A stretch of 62,381 nt of DNA, filler included, from Nitrospirae bacterium MYbin3 (GTDB lineage Bacteria > Nitrospirota > Thermodesulfovibrionia > Thermodesulfovibrionales > Dissulfurispiraceae), in assembly GCA_002753335.1 (NCBI GenBank). It is 3 parts of 3 records of this genome, joined end to end, with 100 filler letters (N's around TTAATTAATTAA, not from the genome) between each part and the next. Parts side by side here need not be neighbours in the genome. Positions count along the whole stretch, not along the records: positions 1 to 24,225 come from PEAD01000035.1; 2 more parts are not named here. The stretch is one strand, 5' to 3'. This document shows, piece by piece, positions 1 through 8,572 of this stretch. A program made the translations under genes and the position numbers. Below the pieces are notes generated by a model. The model saw nothing but the letters and a program-made list of their open reading frames with translations, made no database searches and had not been told where the DNA came from. Position 1 is the stretch's first letter. Every line of letters begins with the position of its first letter.

Positions 1-17
1 TTCGGATTCGGTAACAT
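1..17 (-). CDS. 5' start of an unidentified gene running off the window (MLPNP...)
   Basis: ATG at 17-15 preceded by SD-like AAGGGGGAG; only 5 codons visible. Confidence 0.4.
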
Positions 18-49
18 AGGCTCCCCCTTTAAGTTAGTGCCTATGTTAT

Positions 50-65
50 TGCACTTATTATGCCT
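50..65 (-). promoter_or_regulatory. possible sigma54 (-24/-12) promoter
   Basis: Minus strand AGGCATAATAAGTGCA has GG-N10-GC spacing, about 33 nt upstream of the ATG at 17; imperfect match to TGGCAC-N5-TTGC. Confidence 0.3.
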
Positions 66-112
66 ACACTATCCCCTATACCTCACATAGTGCGTTCGCC
101 CTGACTCACTAT

Positions 113-178
113 TAGCGATAAGGCTGGGTCTCTTCCGTTCAGGGCTGCGTTTTGACATTTCTAAATGTTTATTCCGCT
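113..178 (+). repeat. partial (left-end) copy of the MITE-like element at 2268-2448
   Basis: tagcgataaggctgggtctcttccgttcagggctgcgttttgacatttctaaatg aligns without gaps to cagtgataaggcttagtctcttccgttcagagcttcgttttgacagttctatatg. Confidence 0.85.
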
Positions 179-351
179 TGATATTCCGGGACAATCCGGC
201 CTGCTTTGGGAAATTGCGGAAGGTTATTAACAATAGAGCCTATTCTTTTTGCAAATAGAGTTGCGTAATACTCCGAATCCTTGGCGATATAATCACAAAT
301 AGATTCCAATCCGGCAACGGCCCTCGGTGAACATATTATCTTGCAATCCAT
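169..351 (-). pseudogene. 3'-truncated RelE/ParE-family toxin
   Basis: MDCKIICSPRAVAGLESICDYIAKDS...FPKAGRIVPEY is a typical ParE/RelE N-terminal half; only 60 aa, and the stop codon lies inside the repeat at 113-178. Confidence 0.75.
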
Positions 352-452
352 TTGGACATCCGTTTTTCGACTTCTTCATGCGTAATGCCTTTGCCTTCAT
401 CCAATTCCTTCAAGCCTGCGTCAACCTGTAGTTTGAAGTATAATTCAGCCAT
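336..452 (-). pseudogene. 5'-truncated antitoxin (C-terminal 38 aa)
   Basis: MAELYFKLQVDAGLKELDEGKGITHEEVEKRMSKWIAR overlaps the toxin start; near-identical to the 3' part of 52395-52589; upstream part replaced by the repeat at 453-572. Confidence 0.75.
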
Positions 453-572
453 ATTTGCGAAGTGAAGCGTAAAACAGCCGCAAGTGTTTGAGGCCGAAGG
501 CCGAGTTTTGCGGATGTAGCGGAACGAGCATTTAGAGATGTCCAAACCGAAAGGAATTTATCCCTATCGCAG
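453..572 (-). repeat. inverted partial copy of the MITE-like element
   Basis: Reverse complement of 453-553 aligns to about 2301-2398 (..tgctcgttcc(g/a)ctaca(t/g)ccgcaaaactcg..ctcaaacacttgcggctgttttacgct(t/g)cacttcgcaaa); degenerate TIR-like ctgcgataggga at 572-561. Confidence 0.8.
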
Positions 573-622
573 GTGGCCCTTTTTAAGCGAATCAAACGGC
601 TGAAAGTCGTTGACTGGTCTAT

Positions 623-2233
623 TTAAGCCCACAGCAAAAGCTCAATCGCCTGAAGCAGTGGATCAAAAGAGGAAGCATTAAGAGCCGATACTGCAATCGC
701 ATTATATCGTTCTGTTAAATTTTGGATAAGTTCTGTAGAAACCAAATCGGTTTTATTAAGCGCCATAATCTTTTTTTTGTCCGAGAGTTTAAGGTCATCT
801 AAAATGCTTTCGACAGAGGATATCTGCTGCTCCATCCTTGGATTGGAGGCATCAGCAAGGTGTATCAACAAGTCGGCGTCTTCAAGTTCTTCGAGCGTAG
901 TTTTAAATGCGGCAAGCAGATCTTTCGGAAGATCTCTGATAAAACCTACTGTGTCGGTTATTATTATCTCGCGCTCCTTCGGAAACCTTAGTCTTCTGCT
1001 TGCGGTATCGAGAGTGGCGAACATCTTGTCCTCAACAATAGTGGCGCTTTTGGTTAAAGCGTTCAACAGCGTGGATTTTCCTGCATTTGTATATCCAATT
1101 ATCGAAACTATCGGTATCCTGTTATGAACGCGCCTCTGCTTGCGTTGCCGCCGCGCTTCGCTCAAACCCTTAAGTTCATTCTCAAGCCGCGTGATTCTGT
1201 CGCGTATGCGGCGCCGGTCAATCTCAAGCTTCATCTCTCCGGGGCCCCTTCCGCCGATTCCGCCCATAAGCCGCGACATGGCAGTTCCTTTGCCCGAAAG
1301 CCTCGGAAGCATGTACTTTAACTGAGCAAGTTCAACCTGCACCTTACCGTCCCTGCTATGCGCCCTTCTCGCAAAAATATCGAGTATCAACTGAGAGCGG
1401 TCTATAACCTTAAGCTCCGTCTTATCAGCAATTGATCTTATCTGCGAGGGCGATAAATCCTGATCGAATACGAGCATGGTCGCGCCTTTGTCCATAGCGC
1501 TTATAATCAACTCGCTCAACTTGCCTTCGCCTAGGAGATGTTTAGGATTGATTCCTTTAAGCCGCTGTATTACGGTATCGAGCACCGCGATATCGCTAGA
1601 AACAGAAAGCTCTTTGAGTTCATCCATAGAGTCTTCAAGATCGTATTTGGGCTTTGTAGAAGCGCTCACGATAATAGCGGACTCTTTTTTGCCCTTGCTC
1701 TCAAGCACCCTGTGCCTGTCCATCTCTGCTTCAAGCGAATTCACAAAAGCGGCAAAATCGAGGTCGAGCCTGTGAAAATCCGAAACATTGATATCGTATT
1801 TTTTGTCAGAGCCATGCGGCATCAGTGATGCTGTATAGATATTTAAAGGCAGTCCTTCGCTAACACTTATGGCAGCAACCATGTCAAAACGAAGAAGCGC
1901 AAGGTCTGTGAGGTCTTCATTGTTTAAAGCAGTATCAGTTAAATGCGTGTGGATGAATCGGAGCCCCCTTAAGGCTTTTCTGCCCAATGGGTAGTCTTCA
2001 AGTCCGGGGATAAAAACACCGCCTGCGTCGCCGAGTATTACATGCGTGACAGAGCCGCGTCTGCTTAAGATAACTCCTATCTGTCTGCCAAGCTCAAAAG
2101 ATAACGATGTTAAATAGCGGGCAAGTTCAGGAGTTATAAGCTTATCCGGCGGGACCTTTCTCCGATATATCTTTTCGAGAAAAGAGAGTTGGCTTTTCTT
2201 TAGACCTGCGGTGTTTCCGTAAACCGATGCTAT
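623..2233 (-). CDS. hflX: GTPase HflX, long N-terminal form, probable ATA start (536 aa)
   Basis: G1 GYTNAGKS, DTVGF, NKTD and GGIGGRGPGE motifs; frame stays open 82 codons upstream of the listed ORF (IASVYGNTAGLKKSQL...), bounded by in-frame TAA with SD AGAGGGGG. Confidence 0.93.
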   Translation of the reverse strand: MASVYGNTAGLKKSQLSFLEKIYRRKVPPDKLITPELARYLTSLSFELGRQIGVILSRRGSVTHVILGDAGGVFIPGLEDYPLGRKALRGLRFIHTHLTDTALNNEDLTDLALLRFDMVAAISVSEGLPLNIYTASLMPHGSDKKYDINVSDFHRLDLDFAAFVNSLEAEMDRHRVLESKGKKESAIIVSASTKPKYDLEDSMDELKELSVSSDIAVLDTVIQRLKGINPKHLLGEGKLSELIISAMDKGATMLVFDQDLSPSQIRSIADKTELKVIDRSQLILDIFARRAHSRDGKVQVELAQLKYMLPRLSGKGTAMSRLMGGIGGRGPGEMKLEIDRRRIRDRITRLENELKGLSEARRQRKQRRVHNRIPIVSIIGYTNAGKSTLLNALTKSATIVEDKMFATLDTASRRLRFPKEREIIITDTVGFIRDLPKDLLAAFKTTLEELEDADLLIHLADASNPRMEQQISSVESILDDLKLSDKKKIMALNKTDLVSTELIQNLTERYNAIAVSALNASSFDPLLQAIELLLWA

Positions 2234-2267
2234 TTAAAATACCCCCTCTTTGGGATTTTCTGTAATA

Positions 2268-2448
2268 CAGTGATAAGGCTTAGTCTCTTCCGTTCAGAGC
2301 TTCGTTTTGACAGTTCTATATGCTCGTTCCACTACAGCCGCAAAACTCGCTCTTTGAGCTCAAACACTTGCGGCTGTTTTACGCTGCACTTCGCAAAGAA
2401 CTGTTTCCCAAACTTCACATTCACTACAGAAACCAAGCCTTATCGCTG
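2268..2448. mobile_element. 181-bp MITE-like element with 21-bp imperfect terminal inverted repeats
   Basis: Left end cagtgataaggcttagtctct versus reverse complement of right end cagcgataaggcttggtttct (18/21); internal stem cagccgcaa/ttgcggctg; two partial copies at 113-178 and 453-572. Confidence 0.75.
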
Positions 2449-2459
2449 AATCTAAGAGT

Positions 2460-4415
2460 TTATAACTTTACCTCAAACTCTATTTCTTTTTCGCCGAGCA
2501 GGAATCTCTTTCTGAGTGCTTTCACCTTAACGATATCGCCACTTTTTTTGTAGAAAAGATGCAGCTTTATATCTTCTATTTTTGACACAGCGTTTCCGTC
2601 AAGTGAGGTTATTTTATCTCCGACTTTTATACCAGCTTTCTCGGACACGCTGTTTTCGGGAAAAGCGAGAACTTTTATTCCGGCCTCTTTATCGCTGAGC
2701 AAGGCCATAAGCCTAGGCGATGAAATGCCGTCCATCGGTCTTCGCAGCACAATATAGTCAGCAGCATCCTTTTCTATGCTGCCTTCATTCATGATTATAG
2801 CGTAGTCGTATCCGTTTCTCCTGAATGTCCGTTTGGGTATGCCAGAGCCGTATTCAAAATGCCCCCCGCCTGCTATAACAACCATCTGGCCGCTACTCTG
2901 AAAATCAGGGTTCTTGCGGAAGTATTCGTCTATAGACATAGACATAGTTTCATCCCATAAAATCTGTGCCTGATAAAAGAAATCAAAGCTGCGGCTTTTC
3001 GAGTAGCCATGCTTGTCGAAAATATCCTTAAGCCTTTCCCTATAGTCGTTGTCCGAAAAATCGAGCTGTTCGGGTATTAATTTGCGCTCTTCATCACTCA
3101 ACGAATCCATGCCGGTCTTGGCTGTTTTTTCGGTAATCTCGCGTGTAATATTTAGCGCAACAACCGGTATCTTTTCCGCTCTCGCAAAATCGAGTATCGG
3201 TTTATAAAGATTGTAGTCAAGCCCCCATTTCTTAAAATATTCGGATTTTTTCAGAAATTCTTTTTCGTCTATCTCTCCCGAGATGTATTCGTCGAGCGCC
3301 TTTTGGTAAGGCCTCTGAAACATCTCCATCCCGATCGCTATTTTTTTATTCTTGCTGAATAGTCCCTCTATTATCTTCAACTGTATGTCATGATGAGAAA
3401 AGCGGTCATGCGCCTCGCCGACATACAAAATCTTTTTCTTCGAAATCTTTTCTATAAGGTCATTTAAGGTTTTAAGTGCGGATGTTTCGATAACCACAGG
3501 CTCTTCCTTTAAATCCATAACTATTCCCCTTTCATTTTCATTGACGCTCTTTGATATATTTCTACCGTTTTCAAATGCAAGCAAAGAGTATTGACCGTAA
3601 GTAAATAGATTTTTTAGAGCAGCTTCTGCTTCCTCTTTATTCTTTGCGTCAATTATGGCAACCGCTCCCTTTGGATTCCAAGGATTTTCCTTTACTGCAA
3701 CGCTAAAGCCTGCATAGGGCATATTAACTTTTGCGTACAATCTCGATATGAGAGGGTTGTCTTTGCCGAGTATTACCACTGACGATGCCTTTATATCCGA
3801 ATCTTTTATCGCCGCCGATTCGTTGTCTTGCGCGCCTTTTTTCTTAAAAGCTTCGATAATACTTCCATAAGCCTCTTTGTTCGATACTGGCAGTGCTGTA
3901 AGAATCTTTTTTGCTCCTATAACGCGCGAAAGCACAGCAGGTATTTCTGAATCAGCCAGTTTTCTGAACAACTTATAATCCTCATCAAGCACAATTTTGT
4001 GGGGCTCAGTATCAAACAGTCTTATGATTTTAACGCTCGAGTTATCGTTTTTGTAAGATACGTTTATTTTTTCTCCACGCAGATAAAAAGCCACCGGTAT
4101 ATCAAGGTCATAAACCTTACCGTGTTGAGCAAGCTGAAAGCTGACTTCAAACTTTCTTCCTGCACGCCTGACATTTAGCTCCTCTATTGATATCTCTGGC
4201 AGATTGTTTGTACTGTTGTCATTAATTTCAAAATTCACCAGCATCTGCTTTCTCTCTGTCCAGTCTAATTTTTTTTCATTATCGGTGAACTGTTTGATTC
4301 TTTCTTTCTTGACTGCAACATTCTGAGAGTTCGATTTTTCATCGTCGGCATAAAGCCCCGAAGCAGAAACAATAGATACATATAATGACAATAATAAAAA
4401 CCAGATCCAGCGCAT
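2460..4415 (-). CDS. exported ChaN-family (EreA/ChaN-like) protein with C-terminal PDZ domain
   Basis: Signal peptide; YVGEAHD, IGMEMFQRPYQ, QILWDETM, AGGGHFEYGSGIP motifs; PDZ SVSEKAGIKVGDKITSLDG. Confidence 0.8.
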   Translation of the reverse strand: MRWIWFLLLSLYVSIVSASGLYADDEKSNSQNVAVKKERIKQFTDNEKKLDWTERKQMLVNFEINDNSTNNLPEISIEELNVRRAGRKFEVSFQLAQHGKVYDLDIPVAFYLRGEKINVSYKNDNSSVKIIRLFDTEPHKIVLDEDYKLFRKLADSEIPAVLSRVIGAKKILTALPVSNKEAYGSIIEAFKKKGAQDNESAAIKDSDIKASSVVILGKDNPLISRLYAKVNMPYAGFSVAVKENPWNPKGAVAIIDAKNKEEAEAALKNLFTYGQYSLLAFENGRNISKSVNENERGIVMDLKEEPVVIETSALKTLNDLIEKISKKKILYVGEAHDRFSHHDIQLKIIEGLFSKNKKIAIGMEMFQRPYQKALDEYISGEIDEKEFLKKSEYFKKWGLDYNLYKPILDFARAEKIPVVALNITREITEKTAKTGMDSLSDEERKLIPEQLDFSDNDYRERLKDIFDKHGYSKSRSFDFFYQAQILWDETMSMSIDEYFRKNPDFQSSGQMVVIAGGGHFEYGSGIPKRTFRRNGYDYAIIMNEGSIEKDAADYIVLRRPMDGISSPRLMALLSDKEAGIKVLAFPENSVSEKAGIKVGDKITSLDGNAVSKIEDIKLHLFYKKSGDIVKVKALRKRFLLGEKEIEFEVKL

Positions 4416-4444
4416 TAGTTTATTATACCTCAGACTTTTTTATA

Positions 4445-5605
4445 TTATTTTTGCTTGCCAAAAGGAGAAAGAGCTCTGAGATCTTTAATTAGCGCAGGCA
4501 TTATATCAATTACTTTATCAACCTCTGCTTCGGTATTGTAGCGGCTCAACGAAAACCTGATAGAGCCGTGTATGAGGTTGAACGGCACGCCCATAGCTCT
4601 CAGAACATGACTCGGTTCAAGGGAGCCTGAAGAACAGGCAGAACCTGATGAAGCGCAGACGCCTTGTTCATCAAGCCTCAGTAGTATGGCTTCGCCCTCG
4701 ATATATTCGAAGCTGATATTCGTGGTGTTCGGCAGGCGATTTTGAATGTCGCCGTTTATCCTTGCATCAGGACAGTTTTTAAGCAAGGCCTTTTCGAGCT
4801 TGTCCCTAAGACCGCTTAAATATTTAGATTCATTTTTAATATCCCCCTTTGCAAGCTCGCAAGCTTTTCCGAGTCCGATTATCGAGGCCACATTTTCGGT
4901 GCCAGCCCTTCTGCCCCTCTCCTGATGCCCGCCGATTACATACGGATAAAAACGGGTGCCTTTGCGGACATAAAGTGCACCTATGCCTTTAGAAGCATGG
5001 ATTTTGTGGCCAGAAAGCGAAAGCATATCAACCGGAAGTTCTTTGACATTAATCGGGATTTTCCCAGCTGCCTGCACCGCATCGGAATGAAAAATTATTC
5101 CTCTTTCGCGGAGGATGGCACCCATAGCAGCTATAGGGAATATAACACCAGTCTCGTTGTTGGCATACATAATAGAAACTATTGCAGTATCATCATCGAG
5201 AGCTTTAGCAAAGGCTTGCATGTCAAGACTCCCAAGACTGTCCACAGGTAAAAAAGTTGATCTATAGCTTTTTCTCGCAAGATGTTTTGCAAAATTCATA
5301 ACAGCCGGATGCTCCACTCTCGTCGTGACAATGTGCCTTTTGCCACCCGAAACCTCGACCGCGTTCATTAGCGCAGTGTTGTCGCTTTCTGTGCCGCAGC
5401 TCGTAAATATAATTTCTTCCGGTTCAGCTCCGATTAATTCAGCAACTTTAAATCTGGCCTCTTCTACTTTTTTATGAAGCTGCCCGCCGAAGGTGTGCAT
5501 GCTGGAAGGATTGCCATAATATTCGGTAAGATACGGCAGCATCGCATCAAAAACCTCGGGAGCTACAGGCGTTGTGGCATTATTGTCAAAATATATCTGC
5601 TTCAT
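4445..5605 (-). CDS. nifS: cysteine desulfurase NifS/IscS
   Basis: YFDNNATT, SGHKIH PLP-lysine, SSGSACSSG catalytic loop; coupled to nifU. Confidence 0.95.
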   Translation of the reverse strand: MKQIYFDNNATTPVAPEVFDAMLPYLTEYYGNPSSMHTFGGQLHKKVEEARFKVAELIGAEPEEIIFTSCGTESDNTALMNAVEVSGGKRHIVTTRVEHPAVMNFAKHLARKSYRSTFLPVDSLGSLDMQAFAKALDDDTAIVSIMYANNETGVIFPIAAMGAILRERGIIFHSDAVQAAGKIPINVKELPVDMLSLSGHKIHASKGIGALYVRKGTRFYPYVIGGHQERGRRAGTENVASIIGLGKACELAKGDIKNESKYLSGLRDKLEKALLKNCPDARINGDIQNRLPNTTNISFEYIEGEAILLRLDEQGVCASSGSACSSGSLEPSHVLRAMGVPFNLIHGSIRFSLSRYNTEAEVDKVIDIMPALIKDLRALSPFGKQK

Positions 5606-6435
5606 CCTTCAACAACCTTCAGGTCTTCACATACGAGTTCGCGCAGTTTGTCTTCGATGCTTTTTATTGTAACTCCACCCATGGGACAGGAAGCACACAT
5701 CGCACGAAGTGCAACTACAACCCTGTTTCCATCAATATCGATGAGTTCTATATCGCCCCCGTCAGACTGAAGATTCGGCCTAATCTCTTTTTCGAGCACA
5801 TCCTGAATAAGTGCAATCTTTTGTAGGTTTGTAAGTTTCTTGGTCTTCTTCGCTTCATCTTTCGGAACTGTCACGGACCAGATATCATTTAGTATCTTTT
5901 CTATCTCAGGGATGCATGATCCGCAGCCTCCACCAGCCTTCGTATAATCGGTTATTTCTTCTACGGTGGTCAGATGGTTTTCGATTGCAACTTTGCGTAT
6001 CATCTCCTCTGTCACAGCAAAACATTGACACACAAGCCTGCCGGTAAGTTCGGGCGGAAGCGCTTCTCCTCTGTAATTTGCTATCGCGGCTTCAAGGGCC
6101 TCACGTCCTAAGACCGAGCAATGCATCTTCTCCTTAGGCAGCCCACCTAAATAATCTGCAATGTCCTGATTATTGATTTTTAAAGCCTCTTCCACTGTCT
6201 TGCCCTTAACAATTTCGGTGAGTGCGGATGAACTTGCTATGGCTGAAGCACAGCCAAAGGTCTGAAACTTAGCGTCGGTTATTGTGTTTGTTTCTTTATC
6301 AATACGCAGAGTTATTCTTAAAGCGTCACCGCAAACGATACTGCCCACATCCCCGACAGCATCAGGATTTTCTATCTCTCCGGCGTTCTTTGGGTTGAGA
6401 AAATGCTCTTTGACTTTGTTTGTGTAGTCCCACAT
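5602..6435 (-). CDS. nifU: Fe-S scaffold NifU (IscU + BFD-like + Nfu domains)
   Basis: CGDAL, FGCASAIAS, KMHCS; CQCF...GGGCGSC; IRPNLQSDGGD..CASC. Confidence 0.95.
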   Translation of the reverse strand: MWDYTNKVKEHFLNPKNAGEIENPDAVGDVGSIVCGDALRITLRIDKETNTITDAKFQTFGCASAIASSSALTEIVKGKTVEEALKINNQDIADYLGGLPKEKMHCSVLGREALEAAIANYRGEALPPELTGRLVCQCFAVTEEMIRKVAIENHLTTVEEITDYTKAGGGCGSCIPEIEKILNDIWSVTVPKDEAKKTKKLTNLQKIALIQDVLEKEIRPNLQSDGGDIELIDIDGNRVVVALRAMCASCPMGGVTIKSIEDKLRELVCEDLKVVEG

Positions 6436-6439
6436 TGAA

Positions 6440-8062
6440 TTAGGACAAAGCCTCTCTGGTCATTTTTTCGGCAGCTTCAAAGATAGATTTCTTATCAGCC
6501 TCTGTTCTTGCCTCGATATAGAACCTTACTTTGGGTTCGGTGCCTGACGGCCGTATCATAAGCCAAGAGCCGTTGTCGAAAACCACTTTTGTCCCATCAA
6601 CAGTGATCAAATCCTTGACAGTCAAGGATTTTCCGCCAATCTCAACAGAAACGCCTTTTTGAAACCGTTCTTTAATCGCCGAAAGCTTCTTAAGCAGAGG
6701 TTCTCCCACGAGCGAACTGTCAACGGTTATGCCCGCCCTGTCAGGATAAAAATATCCGAACTCATCCATAATATCTTTTAAGTAGGCGCTGAGATTTTTG
6801 CCTGTGACCGCCATCATCTCTATCGAAAGCAGCAGCCCGAACAAAGCATCCTTTTCAAGAGTGTTGTTGTAGCCCGAAATTCCATCGGATTCTTCAAATG
6901 CAACTATAGCTCTTTCTGCTGAATTAGAAAGAAGATACGGCCTGAAATTTTTAAAGCCAACTTTTGTCTCTTTTATCGGTATTCCGAGCTTTTCTGCTAT
7001 TGCATTCACAAAGTTGCTTGTGCCCACTGATTTAGCCACAACGCCTTTTATGCCCTTGTGGACATTAAGGAAATGAAGCGCCATAGCTCCAAAATAGTTC
7101 ATCGGTATCTGCATCGAGCCGTCCGAAAACCTAATTCTGTCTCCGTCAGGATCCATAATCACACCTAGTTTAAATTTAGAACTGCTGCGCTTCAAAACAG
7201 AATCTACGCCTTCCATATTCTTTTCTGATGGCTCAGGAGCTACGCCTCCGAACAGATAATCGTCCTCTGTTCTCAAGTAAACAACCTTATTGCACTGTCC
7301 CAAAATCTTCTGCGCCCTGCCCCTAGTAGAACCATGAACATTATCAATGCAAAGCGTTATATCAGAATCACTAATAAACTTCTTTATCCTCTCAAGATTA
7401 ATAGTGCCTTTGCTGGTTATGTATTTTATGTATAAATCTGTAAGATCTACCTTCTCGATAACAGAGGGTTCCTCATTCATAACAACACCCGAACTCATTA
7501 ATGCATTCGCTGTTTCTTCAATCTTTGTTGTTATTTCAGAACCGGCCGGGCCTCCGTCCGCAGGATTGAATTTAAAGCCTGCATAATTGGCAGGATTATG
7601 CGAAGGCGTCAGATTTACAGAACATGCTGCATTAAGCATCTCTATGCCTGCCGAAAATTCAGGCGTAGCCGCCTCGCCCGCATACAAAGCCTTAATCCCA
7701 TTTTTCTGGAATATGCCTATTACACTTCTCGCAAAATCAGGGCCTAAAAATCTGTTATCATGCCCTACAATAACGCCCCGTCTTTTTATCTCATCGAAGT
7801 CGCTCACACCCATAGCCTTCATCACTGATTCATCGTTGCTTTTTAGCATATTCACAATGGCGGTCGCAACTATGCGGACGTTATTAAATGTAAAATCGGT
7901 TCCTATCTCTCCTCTCCAGCCCGAAGTGCCGAATACAACAGTATTAGGCTGTAGGTTTTCTCTCGCAAACTTCTCAACCTCTGACAATAAATCCCGATTT
8001 TTCTCCGTGTTAGATAATATCTCTTTCCAGACAGAAGCGGCGTTTTGAAATATATTAGCCAT
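6440..8062 (-). CDS. alpha-D-phosphohexomutase family (phosphoglucomutase/phosphomannomutase-like)
   Basis: FGTSGWRG, TPSHNP phosphoserine loop, DPDGDR metal loop, FEESDG, IRPSGTEPK. Confidence 0.9.
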   Translation of the reverse strand: MANIFQNAASVWKEILSNTEKNRDLLSEVEKFARENLQPNTVVFGTSGWRGEIGTDFTFNNVRIVATAIVNMLKSNDESVMKAMGVSDFDEIKRRGVIVGHDNRFLGPDFARSVIGIFQKNGIKALYAGEAATPEFSAGIEMLNAACSVNLTPSHNPANYAGFKFNPADGGPAGSEITTKIEETANALMSSGVVMNEEPSVIEKVDLTDLYIKYITSKGTINLERIKKFISDSDITLCIDNVHGSTRGRAQKILGQCNKVVYLRTEDDYLFGGVAPEPSEKNMEGVDSVLKRSSSKFKLGVIMDPDGDRIRFSDGSMQIPMNYFGAMALHFLNVHKGIKGVVAKSVGTSNFVNAIAEKLGIPIKETKVGFKNFRPYLLSNSAERAIVAFEESDGISGYNNTLEKDALFGLLLSIEMMAVTGKNLSAYLKDIMDEFGYFYPDRAGITVDSSLVGEPLLKKLSAIKERFQKGVSVEIGGKSLTVKDLITVDGTKVVFDNGSWLMIRPSGTEPKVRFYIEARTEADKKSIFEAAEKMTREALS

Positions 8063-8561
8063 TAATTCCTCCTGATTTATATGCTTTTACAGCCAACTTG
8101 CCTGTTTTTGCTATATTGAAGGCTTCCGACAGCAACTCACGATCCGATTTATCCTTCAATGTATTCAGCCCATTGTATAAAATTTTAAGTGCTTGATGTT
8201 CGTCTTTGAATTCTTTGAAAGCTATGTGTATCATTTCGATATAAACGTCAACCCTTTGTGGTTCAGCAACCAAAATGTGCTTTAACTCAGCAAACCTTTT
8301 TTCATAATATTCTTTTGCATCTTTTCCGATCAATAAAATTCGTTCTGAAATCGTGGGAGAGTTTGAGAATATCTCAGAAATCAGTTCAATAAAAAGTGGC
8401 GCTATAATTAATATACCTAAGAAACACGAACATATTCCCACTAATACCTGACTAATCAGACCAAAGGCAGTTTTAATCTGAACCCAACCCCATATAATCA
8501 GCAAAGCAGCAGGCAGAGATCGCCATAAAAACTTTCTAAAAATCGAGTCGTAGTTGTTCAT
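8055..8561 (-). CDS. hypothetical membrane protein (2 TM helices plus helical C-terminus)
   Basis: 168-aa ORF fills the gap in the operon, overlaps the downstream start; two hydrophobic segments; no recognised motif. Confidence 0.65.
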   Translation of the reverse strand: MNNYDSIFRKFLWRSLPAALLIIWGWVQIKTAFGLISQVLVGICSCFLGILIIAPLFIELISEIFSNSPTISERILLIGKDAKEYYEKRFAELKHILVAEPQRVDVYIEMIHIAFKEFKDEHQALKILYNGLNTLKDKSDRELLSEAFNIAKTGKLAVKAYKSGGING

Positions 8562-8572
8562 AAGTTAAGTTT

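Noticed and set aside
2320..2553. 77-aa ORF, plus 410-595 and the N-terminal part of 336-545
   Set aside because: Translations of the non-coding repeat element
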